Shown in pieces: positions 1 to 10,960 of a DNA stretch of 64,000 nucleotides. A program made the translations under genes and the position numbers. The DNA is taken from the NCBI RefSeq assembly GCF_006345805.1, contig NC_042997.1:168888001-168952000 (forward strand), given 5' to 3'. The notes beneath the pieces were generated by a model that worked only from the letters and a program-made list of their open reading frames with translations, ran no database searches and was not told the origin of the DNA. Position 1 is the first letter of the stretch, and every line of letters starts with the position of its first letter. Source of the DNA: Octopus sinensis (Eukaryota).

Positions 1-192
1 CACTGAACCGCTAAGTTATGGGGGCATAAACAACCAACACTGCTTGTCAAGCGGTGGTGGGGGGACAAACAGACACGCGCGCGCGGACAGGCACACACAC
101 GCACACACACACACACACACGGCGGGCTTCTTTCTACCAAATCCACTCAGAAGATTTTGGCCGACCCGAGACTATAGCAGAAGACACTTGCC
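1..192 (-). mobile_element. SINE family A, partial copy
   Basis: Matches the central part of the full copies at 466-880 and 41391-41808; 5'-truncated at ...TTGCCCA where it abuts RTE sequence. Confidence 0.85.
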
Positions 193-1255
193 CATCTGTT
201 GTCTGCGAATCTTGCTACACGTTCGACTCAGCAGAACTTGTGCTCTCGGTACTCTGCTATCACCATTGTTCAATCCGTTTTCGAATTATCTCATTTCGAA
301 TGGGCTCCGTTAATGATATCCTTAACATGGATCTTCCCATGACCCTTTGCGTTGTAGCCAGTCGATGTTCTTTCCTCTTCGGTGTAGCCCACATCTCACT
401 TGCGTGTGTAAGAGCGCGTGTAGGACTGTGCTATTAAAGAGGATGGTACGTATGATATTGTATACTCTTTACTCTTTACTCTTTTACTTGTTTCAGTCAT
501 TTTGACTGCGGCCATGCTGGAGCACCGCCTCTAGTCGAACAAATCGACCCCGGGACTTATTCTTTGTAAGCCCAGTACTTATTCTATCGGTCACCTTTGC
601 CGAACCGCTAAGTGACGGGGACGTAAACACACCAACATCGGTTGTCAAGCAAAGCTGGGGGGACAAACACACACACACAAACACACACACATACACACAT
701 ATATATATACATATATACGACAGGCTTCTTTCAGTTTCCGTCTACCAAATCCACTCACAAGGCATTGGTCAGCCCGGGGCTATAGCAGAAGACACTTGCC
801 CAAGATGCCCCGCAGTGGGACTGAACCCGGAACCATGTGGTTGGTTAGCAAGCTACTTACCACACAGCCACTCCTGCGCCTAGCTTTGTTTGGAACACAT
901 CCTTTATTGAGTTAAATGTCTTCTATCCTACCTTTATTCTCTTTGAAATTTCAGCATCCATACATACCTCAGTGCATATTCACTGTGTGTCCTAAGTAGA
1001 AGCACTCCTTTACCTCCTCGATTTCATTGCTTCCTACCTCTATTCGGCCTTGAGCTACGTCTTTCAACCGAATATATTTTGTTTTCATGTGGTTCTTTAA
1101 AGACCTACTGCTAAGACCCTGAGTGTTCAGCTCTGTCAGCATGGTCTGCAACTAGTTTGTGGTTTCAGCGAAGAGTATCATGTAATCTGCGAATTGGAGG
1201 TGTGTCAGTTGCTTGCCGTTGATATTCATGTTACATGTCCATTAAGAGTTCGCAT
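193..1255 (-). mobile_element. Decayed RTE-clade LINE ORF fragment (RT end plus downstream region), split by a SINE-A insertion
   Basis: Minus-strand translation gives NINGKQLTHLQFADYMILFAETTN*LQTMLTEL...KTKY, then EISKRIKVG*KTF, then RTILFNSTVL..ASEMWA..IRNEIIR..VARFADNRW, typical RTE motifs, with stops and frameshifts. Confidence 0.85.
466..880 (-). mobile_element. SINE family A, full length
   Basis: tRNA-like head GGCGCAGGAGTGGCTGTGTGGT...GGTTCAGTCCC (A/B-box-like), CCTTGGGCAAGTGTCTT CORE-like motif, internal (TA)/(TG) tract, (AAAGAGT)n tail; more than 10 copies in window. Confidence 0.9.
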
Positions 1256-1375
1256 CTCTGAGCAGTTTGTTGTACAGAAAGAGAGAGAGAGGGGTGGGGA
1301 TAATAATTTGCTACTACTACTACTACTTCGAAAGAAAAAGAGAACTCAAAACATTTGTAGCTAAAAGTTTTATTA

Positions 1376-1610
1376 CTCTTTTACTCTTCTACTTGTTTCA
1401 GTTATTTGATTGCGGCCATGCTGGAGCACCGCCTTTAGTCGAGGAAATTGACCCCAGGACTTATTCTTTGTAAGCCTAGCACTTATTCTTTCGGTCTCTT
1501 TTGCCGAACCGCTAAGTTACGGGGACGTAAACACACCAGCATCGGTTGTCAAGCGATGTTGGGGTGGGGTGAACAAACACAGACACAGAAACATACACAA
1601 ACACACACAC

Positions 1611-1660
<50 letters not shown>

Positions 1661-1818
1661 TACGACGGGCTTCTTTCAGTTTCCGTCTACTAAATCTACT
1701 CACAAGGCTTTGGTCAGCCCGAGGCTATAGTATAAGCCCAAGGTGTCACGCAGTGGGACCGAACCCAGAACCATGTGGTTGGTAAGCAAGCTACTTACCA
1801 CACAGCCACTCCTGCGCC
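1376..1818 (-). mobile_element. SINE family A, full length
   Basis: Collinear with 466-880. Confidence 0.9.
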
Positions 1819-1861
1819 TCCTTATTACAATGTTTTTTTTATCATAACTGGGAAATTTGAA

Positions 1862-2059
1862 GGCGGCAACCTGGCAGGCGAAATGCTTAACAGCATTCCT
1901 TCCGGCGTTACGTTTTGAGATCAATTCCGTCGACGTTAACTTCATCTTTCGTCCTTTCGGTGTTGATAAAATAAGCACCAAATACCAATTTAATACTATG
2001 GTCGATGCAATCGACTTAACATCTTTAAAATCGTTGGCCTTCTGCCAAAATTTGAAACC
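1862..2059 (+). mobile_element. SINE family B (B2 tail), decayed
   Basis: GGCGGC..CTGGCAG head, CTTTCGTCCTTTCGG.GTTGATAAAATAAG.ACC core, GCCAAAATTTGAAACC tail. Confidence 0.75.
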
Positions 2060-3641
2060 TTTATAATTGTAAGGTTTAGTGTGTCCAAAGATGAAACCAC
2101 AAGCCAATATGAGGTATGGAACTTCCCAATTCTAATAACAAATTATTCAGTATTGCACGCTCTAATTTTCGTAGGTTTTGTTCTAACATTAACCAGAGTC
2201 GCGTCTTCAACTTTAAATTTATCCGTTGTAGTTTTACCTAGCCTATTTATATGAAGAAATTCACTTTTAAGAAGTCTTAAATCTGCATGTCTGAACCTGG
2301 AGTAATTACCTGCCGTGGGCGAAATTTCGAGATTCCGCAGGGAAATTGTTTCAGGTTGATAAATTTTGTCATAATTCGTCTTTTTCTCGCTAATTTTATT
2401 TCCTTAAATGTGATTTTAAAAGGTGATTATGTTAAAATAAGGCTTTTTAATGTTATCTAATAAATTGTTCTATGCCTGAATATTTCTTTTCTTTATTGTA
2501 TGTGTGGGGAAATCGGGACGGTGAATCGGTAACGGAGGGAACAGAGAAAAATATGTTGAACAACGCTGTCATAGATGAATAGACATTTGACATTTGGAAA
2601 GAATGAAGAAGTTTATCAAAGGAAGAGAAATTACGCTGCTGCTGTTGCCGCTGCTGCTGCTGCTGTTGTTGTTGTTGTTGTTGTTGTTGTTTTCAGCCAT
2701 TTTAAGGAAGTAGCCGTTAATCTATAATCTGGTTTAATATCACCAGTCCAGTTCTTGGGTGCCTTTCATAGAGTTCACTCGATCACATTCGTTGATGGCC
2801 AGATATCGGACCAGACGATAACTTCCTCCCATCCTCTAACTTCTTCCTTTTTTCGGTCCTAAAATGAACAAATGCGTTGCGTTTCTACCTCCGACTAAAC
2901 GAAAAAAAAAAGGTTCTGATCGAGCAGATCTCTGATTATAAATATTCCATTCCACTCATAGCTACCCATTTGTTTTTTTCCTCTTGAGTTATATAAAATT
3001 ACATTATGCAATGTAATAGGGTATCATTTCAGGAAGATTAGATTGCTGTTTCTAGCAAATCGAACGACAACGTAGAGGCTTCCTCTGGAGTTACTTTGTA
3101 GTTTTGTTTGAGAAGCTACATAATAAACTTCAATCAAATAGAACCATGGTGTTGCGAAATAGCATGAAGAGGGAATTAGCTTGTCAGTGATGTAGAAGTG
3201 TGTGCATCAACTGTAAACATTAATAAAGCCTTCAACCGATGAAAGGGTTCTTCTTTTAGGTGTTTTTCAAAGCTGATGTTGGCTCTGATCTCGATGCTCG
3301 ATAAGTTATTAGACACCGAGGTGTCAACAATTGACTCCTTTTCCCCTTTTAAACAATATTTTGGTTTATTTGTCACAAATATCTTGTTCCAGGAATGAAA
3401 GGGAAAACGTTATATGGTTTGTATGCGTGTGTATCCATGTAGAACGACAAATAATAAGGAAGGCGAAGATTCATTCCAAAATTCATAAGCTTTAATAACG
3501 TTTAATAAGAAAGAAATAAAACCTTACCGAATTCTGGAGAGACAAGCGAAATACTTTCATGAAAATATATTTTGTCTTTCGAAAATATATTCCGTCATTG
3601 AACTGTGGCCATGCTGGGGCGCTACCATAAATGGTTTAATC

Positions 3642-3745
3642 CAATGGTTCTCAAACATTTTTTGCCTGTGCACCCCTTTGATTTCTATTTTACTTTACTG
3701 GATCCCCATAGCCATTTGATGCTTTAAAAAATCCTATTATATTTT

Positions 3746-3747
<2 letters not shown>
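3642..3747. mobile_element. hAT/Charlie-like MITE end fragment
   Basis: CAATGGTTCTCAAAC terminus; aligns with the reverse complement of the right end of 27436-27784. Confidence 0.55.
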
Positions 3748-3796
<49 letters not shown>

Positions 3797-4245
3797 CAAT
3801 ACCATAGAATTGCTTGTCAGTTGTTTGACCTTAACCAGTTGACCATGTCCCTTAGTGGCTGACGACATGTGCATCTCTGATCACGAGCAGAAGTAGTGGG
3901 GGAGCATCATAGCCGTGTGTTGAGAGGAATTCTTGGACGTTTGGATAACTCACCTTTGGAAACATGGGTGATTCGTTCAACGTCCTTAAACAATCCTTAT
4001 TCAGGGACCTTTTGAGCGGGATGGGCTACTCGACCAAAAGAAAATTCTAACTGGGCCCCACCTGCAAGTTCATGCGATGTTTATCTTGATATGAGATCAC
4101 CATGTCGCGCACATATGGTTGTGATGCATGTGCCTGTTTTACCCTTATCGGACGGGTAGTCATGATGGGTATACAGGGCGTCGTATATTTTACCCCAGTA
4201 TCACTTTGATGGCATGCACTGCTCTCTCACTCAATAATAATAATG
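3797..4245 (+). mobile_element. Unclassified (AAT)n-tailed retroposon-like repeat (family E)
   Basis: Ends CTCTCTCACTC(AAT)n; second, internally deleted copy in opposite orientation at 37188-37420. Confidence 0.7.
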
Positions 4246-4249
4246 AAAT

Positions 4250-4598
4250 TATTGAATACAGTGCTCAGGTGCACAACAACTTGTCAAAAGTACGTATAAA
4301 GCATATGCAATAAAGTACAAATATCTGGAAAGTGAACAGTGTATGAGTCAGATATATGCTTGCGTGTGTATGGAGGGGAGAAAATCAGATGTAGTGTTGG
4401 CGAATCTCAGAAAGCATGGAAGTTTTGAAGGATGCAGTGCTCCGACAACTAACAACTGATGCCAGCAGTTTGTTCCATACTTCAGCAACTCTTTGCGTGA
4501 AAAAATGTTTCTGAAAGTCATGGGAGCTGTGCTGTTTTCTGACTTTGTAAACATGTCCACGGGTGTTAGACAGGTGGAGTTTGAAAAGGTGCTCAGAG
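4250..4598 (-). mobile_element. CR1-clade LINE 3' end
   Basis: Translation SNTRGHVYKVRKQHSSHDFQKHFFTQRVAEVWNKLLASVVSCRSTASFK matches the CR1 ORF2 C-terminal TRGH...FF.QRV...WN.LP motif; short 3' UTR follows. Confidence 0.85.
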
Positions 4599-4778
4599 TT
4601 ACTAGGAGGGTGCGGTAGAGTCGGTCCTCCCCAGGCAGCACTTTTTAAGGGGCAGCACTTTTCATCCTGTTGTAGGATATTGCTGTAGGAAATATGTGTT
4701 TTTGTGGGGTCCGAAGATGGGGGGGGGGCAAACGGAAGGGCCACCCCGGGCGGCACACACTCTAGCTACGCTAGTGCA
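4598..4778. mobile_element. Putative GC-rich MITE
   Basis: Imperfect terminal inverted similarity (AGTTACTAG / CTAGCTACGCTAGTG), GC-rich island truncating the CR1; no clear TSD. Confidence 0.35.
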
Positions 4779-5957
4779 GACAAGTTTTATTTTAATTTCA
4801 GGTAATGACTTACCTGGTGGAGTGCTCGGTAACTTTTTCAGCATTAAGAGCAGGCTTGGGCTGTGTGATTGAGTAGGTTGCTTTGTAACTACGTGATTTT
4901 GGGTTTAGTCATCTACTTGGAGGTTAAATATTCTTTCTTTTAAGGCAGCGATTTGGCCGTTGAATAGAAGGTCTTGTGCGATTCGCTCCAATTCTGCACT
5001 TTTCAATTTTGCCATCTATTTTTTTTTTTTTTTTGAGGTTTAATAAATAAAACTGCAGTCCAGTAGTGGAATCGATTCTTCCCTTTTTCCTTTTCATTGA
5101 GAAATGATTCTTCTCTTCTCTCTCCTCCTCTCTCTCCCACTCTCCTTCACACACACACACACTCTCTCTCTTTCTCCCACTCACTTTCTCTGTTACTTTC
5201 ACACTTTCTCTCTCTTCTTTCTGAAAGTAAACGCCTATGTTCAGACCTCGAGATAGAGATGGACTCCGCCAGGTTTCAAATGTTGAAAGCACGCCGTATC
5301 TCTCAACGGTGACCCTACGACTTTACCAAAATCTAAAACTGCACGTCACTTCATTTTCCTTGCCCAAGTACATTTAGGCTGCATCTAGCTATACTTATGA
5401 TTGGCAAATCAACATTTATTGCCTATGAATAATATTTCTATCCCCCAAGCAAACATGTAAATGTTGTGCACGACAGCGGTGTTATTTACTTTACTTCTTA
5501 ATGTTGTTGCTATACATCAGGATGCCAATGGACAAGTTAACATTGGAGTAGAAAAGTGTTTCCTTTGAAGAAGGTTTGATCCAACATTTTTAAGGCTGCT
5601 CAAATTACAACAATTTCGTTCATTCTGAATAAGCTGTTTGCTGAGAATGTCATCTCGACCTCAAACTTTTGTAAGATAGTATTACATCAATTATAACTTC
5701 TTGAAAATAGCTCAATTCTTAAGTACAAAGAAATCTGAAAAATGCTAAGGATGCTTATTAGCATTTGGGAAATCTTTCTGTTGAACTTATGTATGGGATT
5801 GGTCGTTGCAAGTTAAATATTTGTCAAATGAGAACTACACCGCCATCGAATACTAAAGCGTTTGAAAACGACTTCCATTCTGTTAGATATGACTACATAT
5901 GAAAACGTGCCTCTATCTAGACCCTGACATATATGTGTGTGTATGTGTGTGTGTGTA

Positions 5958-6350
5958 TACGAGCAAAACGCCCCCCCGTCCAATGGACGGTGCTGATTTG
6001 TCAAACATTTAAACCACATTTTCTCAAAACAACTTGTCCGACCGTCCCATAGGCCTCCCCTTTGAGAAACACTGATTTATCCTAAATTTGAGACACCAGC
6101 AAAAGACAGATTTCGACTGATGTACTTGCACGTACAAATGCACGGTCCCACGGCTTTATCGATCGCATTCTCACCTGGAATCGATTTTTGTAAATTTTTG
6201 AAGACTTATACACGCCCTGATACCGTCGGTAGCTACATATCAAATTTGAGCGCAATCGGATGGAAGATGCCTGAGATCCTAGAAGATACACACCCACCCA
6301 CACCCACACACACTCACACACACACACAGAACGGATTTTATATAATAGAT
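5958..6350 (+). mobile_element. Helentron-associated non-autonomous element (HINE/DINE-1-like)
   Basis: 5' hairpin CCGTCC-AAT-GGACGG near the start, internal (CA)n, 3' end TTTTATATAATAGAT. Confidence 0.55.
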
Positions 6351-6729
6351 ATAACAGTGGCGACTCCGGCACCCAGACTGTTCGGGCTTGGCTCGAGTAT
6401 AAATTTAGTAAAGTGAACGTGTATTTTCAAACTGATTTAATTTCTGCTAACACTGACTTCAAGTATGTAACTTCAGCCAATAACTCGGGCTCCTTTGATT
6501 GAGCCTGGTCGCAGTTCATTTATTTTTGTTCAGCGTCTGGCGGTCGTCTTAGAGGTGCCCTATGTCAAAAAATATTATTCGTAGCAGACGTTCTCTGTAC
6601 ATCGTTCACACGCAACTGACTACTGTACCCATATTAAAAAAAAAATGCATGTATATATACATATAGATACGTACAAATATGTATGTATATATGCATATGC
6701 TTTATTAATTATTTTGTTATATATATATA

Positions 6730-6797
<68 letters not shown>

Positions 6798-6855
6798 GTA
6801 TATAAACATATATGTATATATATACATATATGTAGGTATGTATATATAGATATAG

Positions 6856-7020
6856 TTGGAATTTACAAAAAAAAACCAAAAGACAAAGATGGGTGTGTAA
6901 ACAACAAACAGATGTATTAGTTTAACGCTCGGGTTGTGAGAAAGTCTTTTACGTTTCAAGCCTACGCTCTTCAACAGAAAGGAACACAGAAATAAGCAGA
7001 GTGAGACAATAAAAAAGGTT
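6856..7020 (-). mobile_element. PLE-terminal-like repeat TR1, copy 1, with hammerhead-like motif (about 6945-6982)
   Basis: Homologous to 14821-15060 and 54449-54650; minus strand CCTTT-CTGTTGA-A-GAGC-GTAG-GCTT-GAAAC-GT-A-AAAG. Confidence 0.6.
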
Positions 7021-7142
7021 TATAAATACATATATGTTTATATATATATATGTGTGTGTGTGTGTGTGCGTACGTGTGTGTGTATGTATGTATATATATG
7101 TATGTGTATATATATATGTGTGTGTGCGTATATATATGAATG

Positions 7143-7173
<31 letters not shown>

Positions 7174-7369
7174 ACATATATATATATGTATATATATATG
7201 TATACACACACACACACAAACACACGCACACACACACACACACACGCATACACTCACACACGCACACACAAACATAGATATAGATAGATAGATATAAGTC
7301 TATATATCTATCTATCTATATCTTCACCCTACTGACATAATCCAGAGATAAGAAAGGGCAAAATATTCA

Positions 7370-7500
7370 GTGCCAGTACAATGTTCACAGTGAGCAACAG
7401 CCATGATGTCGGCATATTGAAACCCGGCGCGGAGCATCATGGCACAGGTAACTCTTTTTCAATATTCGGATAACTTCCAATCTTCCATGTCATCTAACCT
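7370..7500 (-). mobile_element. Possible Tc1-like transposase N-terminal remnant
   Basis: Translation DMEDWKLSEY*KRVTCAMMLRAGFQYADIMAVAHC resembles a Tc1 N-terminal HTH start; short and weak. Confidence 0.3.
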
Positions 7501-7660
7501 TTTTCTCAAATACAACTTTAATCTGTATGCCCTCCAACGCCGTTGGCCGTTCACCAATCAATACATTTAGTTATTACATGAAAAAAAACGAGACATAAAA
7601 ATCGTCAAATTTAACCAGAACGCCCTGCACACATACACACACACACTCACACACACACGT

Positions 7661-7702
<42 letters not shown>

Positions 7703-8610
7703 ACACACACACGCACGCACACATACACACACAAACACACACACACACACACACACACACAAATATTCAAAATTAGATGCTGAAGACTCGTAACGTAATT
7801 TTTTTCTTGTTCGAAACGCTGTACTTGCAAAGAGGTCATCTAGAAACTGAATGCGTAGATTCGAGTACAAATCCCGGGGAAAAAGTAAATGCACTGAGAG
7901 TATGTCTCTAAGTGTGGTCAATATACTTAATGTAATGAACCAAAAAGAATTTTCAGTCACTTAAATTTGCATCCGCTATGAGAATAAATATGTCCATAGC
8001 GTCACTGACAAATTTTGTCAATAGGAACAAGGGAGATAACTCCGAAATTTAAATAGGTTTAATACGTGAAACTGTTATCTCGGGTTAATGGAGTGCAAAG
8101 AAAACCTTGTATCTTTTCGATTCAAATATTTTTTCAATAGCTTCAAACGTACAAAATGACCGTTAAGAATCGCAAATCTCTCAGTGTAATAGAAAGTAAT
8201 CATATCTAGTGCTACCCAAGTATAAATGAAAAAATAAATAATGAATCTATCGTACTCAAACCGTGTGGACTTGGTTGCAAGAATGTTTGATATCAAAACT
8301 CCGGCGCCACAAAGCATTCAAAAGACACTATCACTATTATCTTTCTCTCTCTCCCACTTACTCTCTCTCTCTCTCCCTCTCACTCTCACTCTCTCTCTCT
8401 CTCTCTCTGACACGCATACACCACCCCACTCTTTCTATGAACAAACTTATCTTTCTGTTCATCTCTTAACGTATACCACTTGACAATCCTACCTAAATCA
8501 CCCGATCATGACGTGAGACTTATATCTATCTATATCTATATCTTTGTGTGTGCGTGTGTGTGTGTGTGAGTGTATGCGTGTGTGAGTGTATGCGTGGTAA
8601 GTGTATGAGA

Positions 8611-8675
<65 letters not shown>

Positions 8676-8839
8676 GCATATTTATATATGCATATCCATT
8701 ATACATATACACATACATACATACATACATACATACATACATGCATACATGCATACATACATACATACATACATACATACATACATACATACATACAGAC
8801 ATACATACATACATACATACATATTTTTAATCAAATATT

Positions 8840-9100
8840 GTGCCGGTGGCACATAAAATACACCAATCTGACCGTGGCCGTTGCCAGCCCCGCCTGGCAC
8901 CTGTGCAGGTGGCACGTAAAAAGCACCCACTACACTCACGGAGTGGTTGGCGTTAGGAAGGGCATCCAGCTGTAGAAACATTGCCAGATTAGACTGGAGC
9001 CTGGTGCAGCCTTCTGGCTTCCCAGAACCCCGGTCGAACCGTCCAACCCATGCTAGCATGGAGAACGGACGTTAAACGACGATGATGATGATGATGATGA
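8840..9100 (+). mobile_element. SINE-like element with RTE-type (GAT)n tail
   Basis: GGTTGGCGTTAGGAAGGGCATCCAGC motif, 3' end GGACGTTAAACGAC(GAT)n; inserted after a (CATA)n tract. Family not assigned. Confidence 0.65.
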
Positions 9101-9472
9101 TTGATAATCAGGCGTACACACAAGCACACATACCAACGCCATAATACAGATACAGCCATTTCTACCAAGAAGTATGTTTTTAAAAATGTGACGCTTTCAA
9201 AATTTACTTGTCATTTGCACAAATGCAAACACCTGCATCTAAATTTACATTTACATCTGTATACCCATATGCATATGCTTATCTGTATACGCATATACAT
9301 TAAATGCACATCTATGTGTTTCTACATATGCAAACACATGACGACTTCAACTCGGTTTTGAGCAATGCCATCACTTGATTGTTTTCTTAATCATGAACAG
9401 CACGGATATGACTTTTCAGTCCCACTAGCGACCCTACACTCTTGAAGATTGGCAATATTTCTGTTGCGTTTA

Positions 9473-9875
9473 GGACAGCGAGCTGGCAGAAACGTTAGCA
9501 CGCCGGGCGAAATGCGTAGCCGTATTTGGTCTGCCGTTACGTTCTGAGTTCAAATTCCGCCGAGGTCGACTTTGCCTTTCATCCTTTCGGGGTCGATAAA
9601 TTAAATACGAGTTACACACTGGGGTCGATATAATCGACTTAATCCGTTTGTCTGTCCTTGTTTGTCCTCTCTGTGTTTGGCCCCTTGTGGGTAGTAAAGA
9701 AATAGGCATTTTGTCCGTCTATATATTCTGAGTTCAAATTTCGCCGGAGTCTACTTTACCTTTCATCCTTTCAGGGTCAATAAAATAAGTACTACTTGAA
9801 CACTGGATTTGGTTTAATCGATTTAGCCCCTTCCTCCAAACCTTCTGGTCTTGTACCAAAATTAAAACTTTTTTT
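9473..9875 (+). mobile_element. SINE-B composite: one head, B1 body, then headless older B2 body
   Basis: B1 tail AAAGAAATA followed directly by GGCATTTTGTCCGTC..TTCTGAGTTCAAATT at about 9706. Confidence 0.85.
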
Positions 9876-10090
9876 TTATTTGAATTTGGGACACTGAAAA
9901 ATTAAGTCAGGTATCTCAGATGTGATTGTCAAAACCGTCATCACAGTGTATGGAAACCTGCACAACTGAAGAATTTGTAACAACGACAGGAATGTTTTAA
10001 TTATACACCCTAGTTTCTTTTCTTTTTGTGATTGAGGTAAGTACATCCTTAGACAGAGTATAAACCCAGTCTAAATAAAAAAAAAACCTC

Positions 10091-10960
10091 ACCATCAAGC
10101 AGAAGAGATCAAGACGTTGGCAGAACCTGTATTTCCTGACTTTGACTATATCGACGATTTTGCCCTCGCAACTTATCAACCATTTGAAGTGTAAAACTTG
10201 TTGGCGTCCCCAGAGAATGCTGTGACAAAGCCAGTCTGTTTATCAATGCAAAGGAAACCGAATGCATGACCATAAATTAGAATGGAAGCCATCTGCCAAT
10301 TTTCTCCAACGATGGCACATGATTCATGGAGGTCAGTGACTTCATATACTTTGGGTCAGAATGTTGCTAATACTAATAAAGAGTTTTTAACATGTAAGGG
10401 ACCCTGACAGCCTGTAACAAGTTTCCCAACATCTGACACAGGCATATCAAAATCAACAAGACTGATATTCTTCAGGGAATACGAAGACAGCATTCTTTCC
10501 AAGGAAGCTGAAACCTAAGCCATGAAGAAGGAACTTCATGATGGCATTGATGGTACGTACACCAGACTTGATGGTACGTACACCAGACTTGATGGTACGT
10601 ACACCAGACTTGATGGTGCGTACAAAAGGCGGCGAGCTGGCAGAAACGTTAGCACGCCGGGCGAGATGCTAAGCAGTATTTCGTCTGCCGTTACGTTCTG
10701 AGTTCAAATTCGGCCGAGGTCGACTTTGCCTTTCATCCTTCCGGGGTCGATTAAATAAGTACCAGTTTTGCACTGGGGTCGATATAATCGACTTAATCCG
10801 TTTGACTGTCCTTGTTTGTCCTCTCTGTGTTTAGCCCCTTGTGGGTAGTAAAGAAATATGTACGTACACCAGACTTTTCCCAAGGGCTCAAAACATGGCA
10901 TGTTTTGAGTGCGTACACCAAAAGGAAATTTCTTGATACATTCCATCCACGATGAATCTA
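10091..10960 (+). mobile_element. Decayed RTE-clade LINE ORF fragment interrupted by SINE-B1
   Basis: Plus-strand DFDYIDDFAL...INAKETECM...EVSDFIYFGS...DGTYTRL...RAQN motifs with many frameshifts. Confidence 0.75.
10628..10858 (+). mobile_element. SINE family B1, full length
   Basis: GGCGGCGAGCTGGCAGAAACGTTAGC head, GAGTTCAAATTC B-box, tail CCCCTTGTGGGTAGTAAAGAAATA. Confidence 0.92.

Noticed and set aside
3130-3400. Possible CR1/L2 RT remnant (IEIRANISFEKHLKE)
   Set aside because: Similarity too short and weak to call.
6645-7287. Long ORFs rich in YI, HT, CV or MYVC repeats (also 8536-8975, 13902-14607, 35630-36073, 43390-44084, 58881-59448 and others)
   Set aside because: Translations of (TA)n, (CA)n and (TACA)n microsatellites that lack stop codons.
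8075-8317. 80-aa ORF with a hydrophobic stretch (YDRFIIYFFIYTWVALDMITFYY)
   Set aside because: No recognisable family, no convincing splice sites, TTG start; expected by chance in AT-rich DNA.
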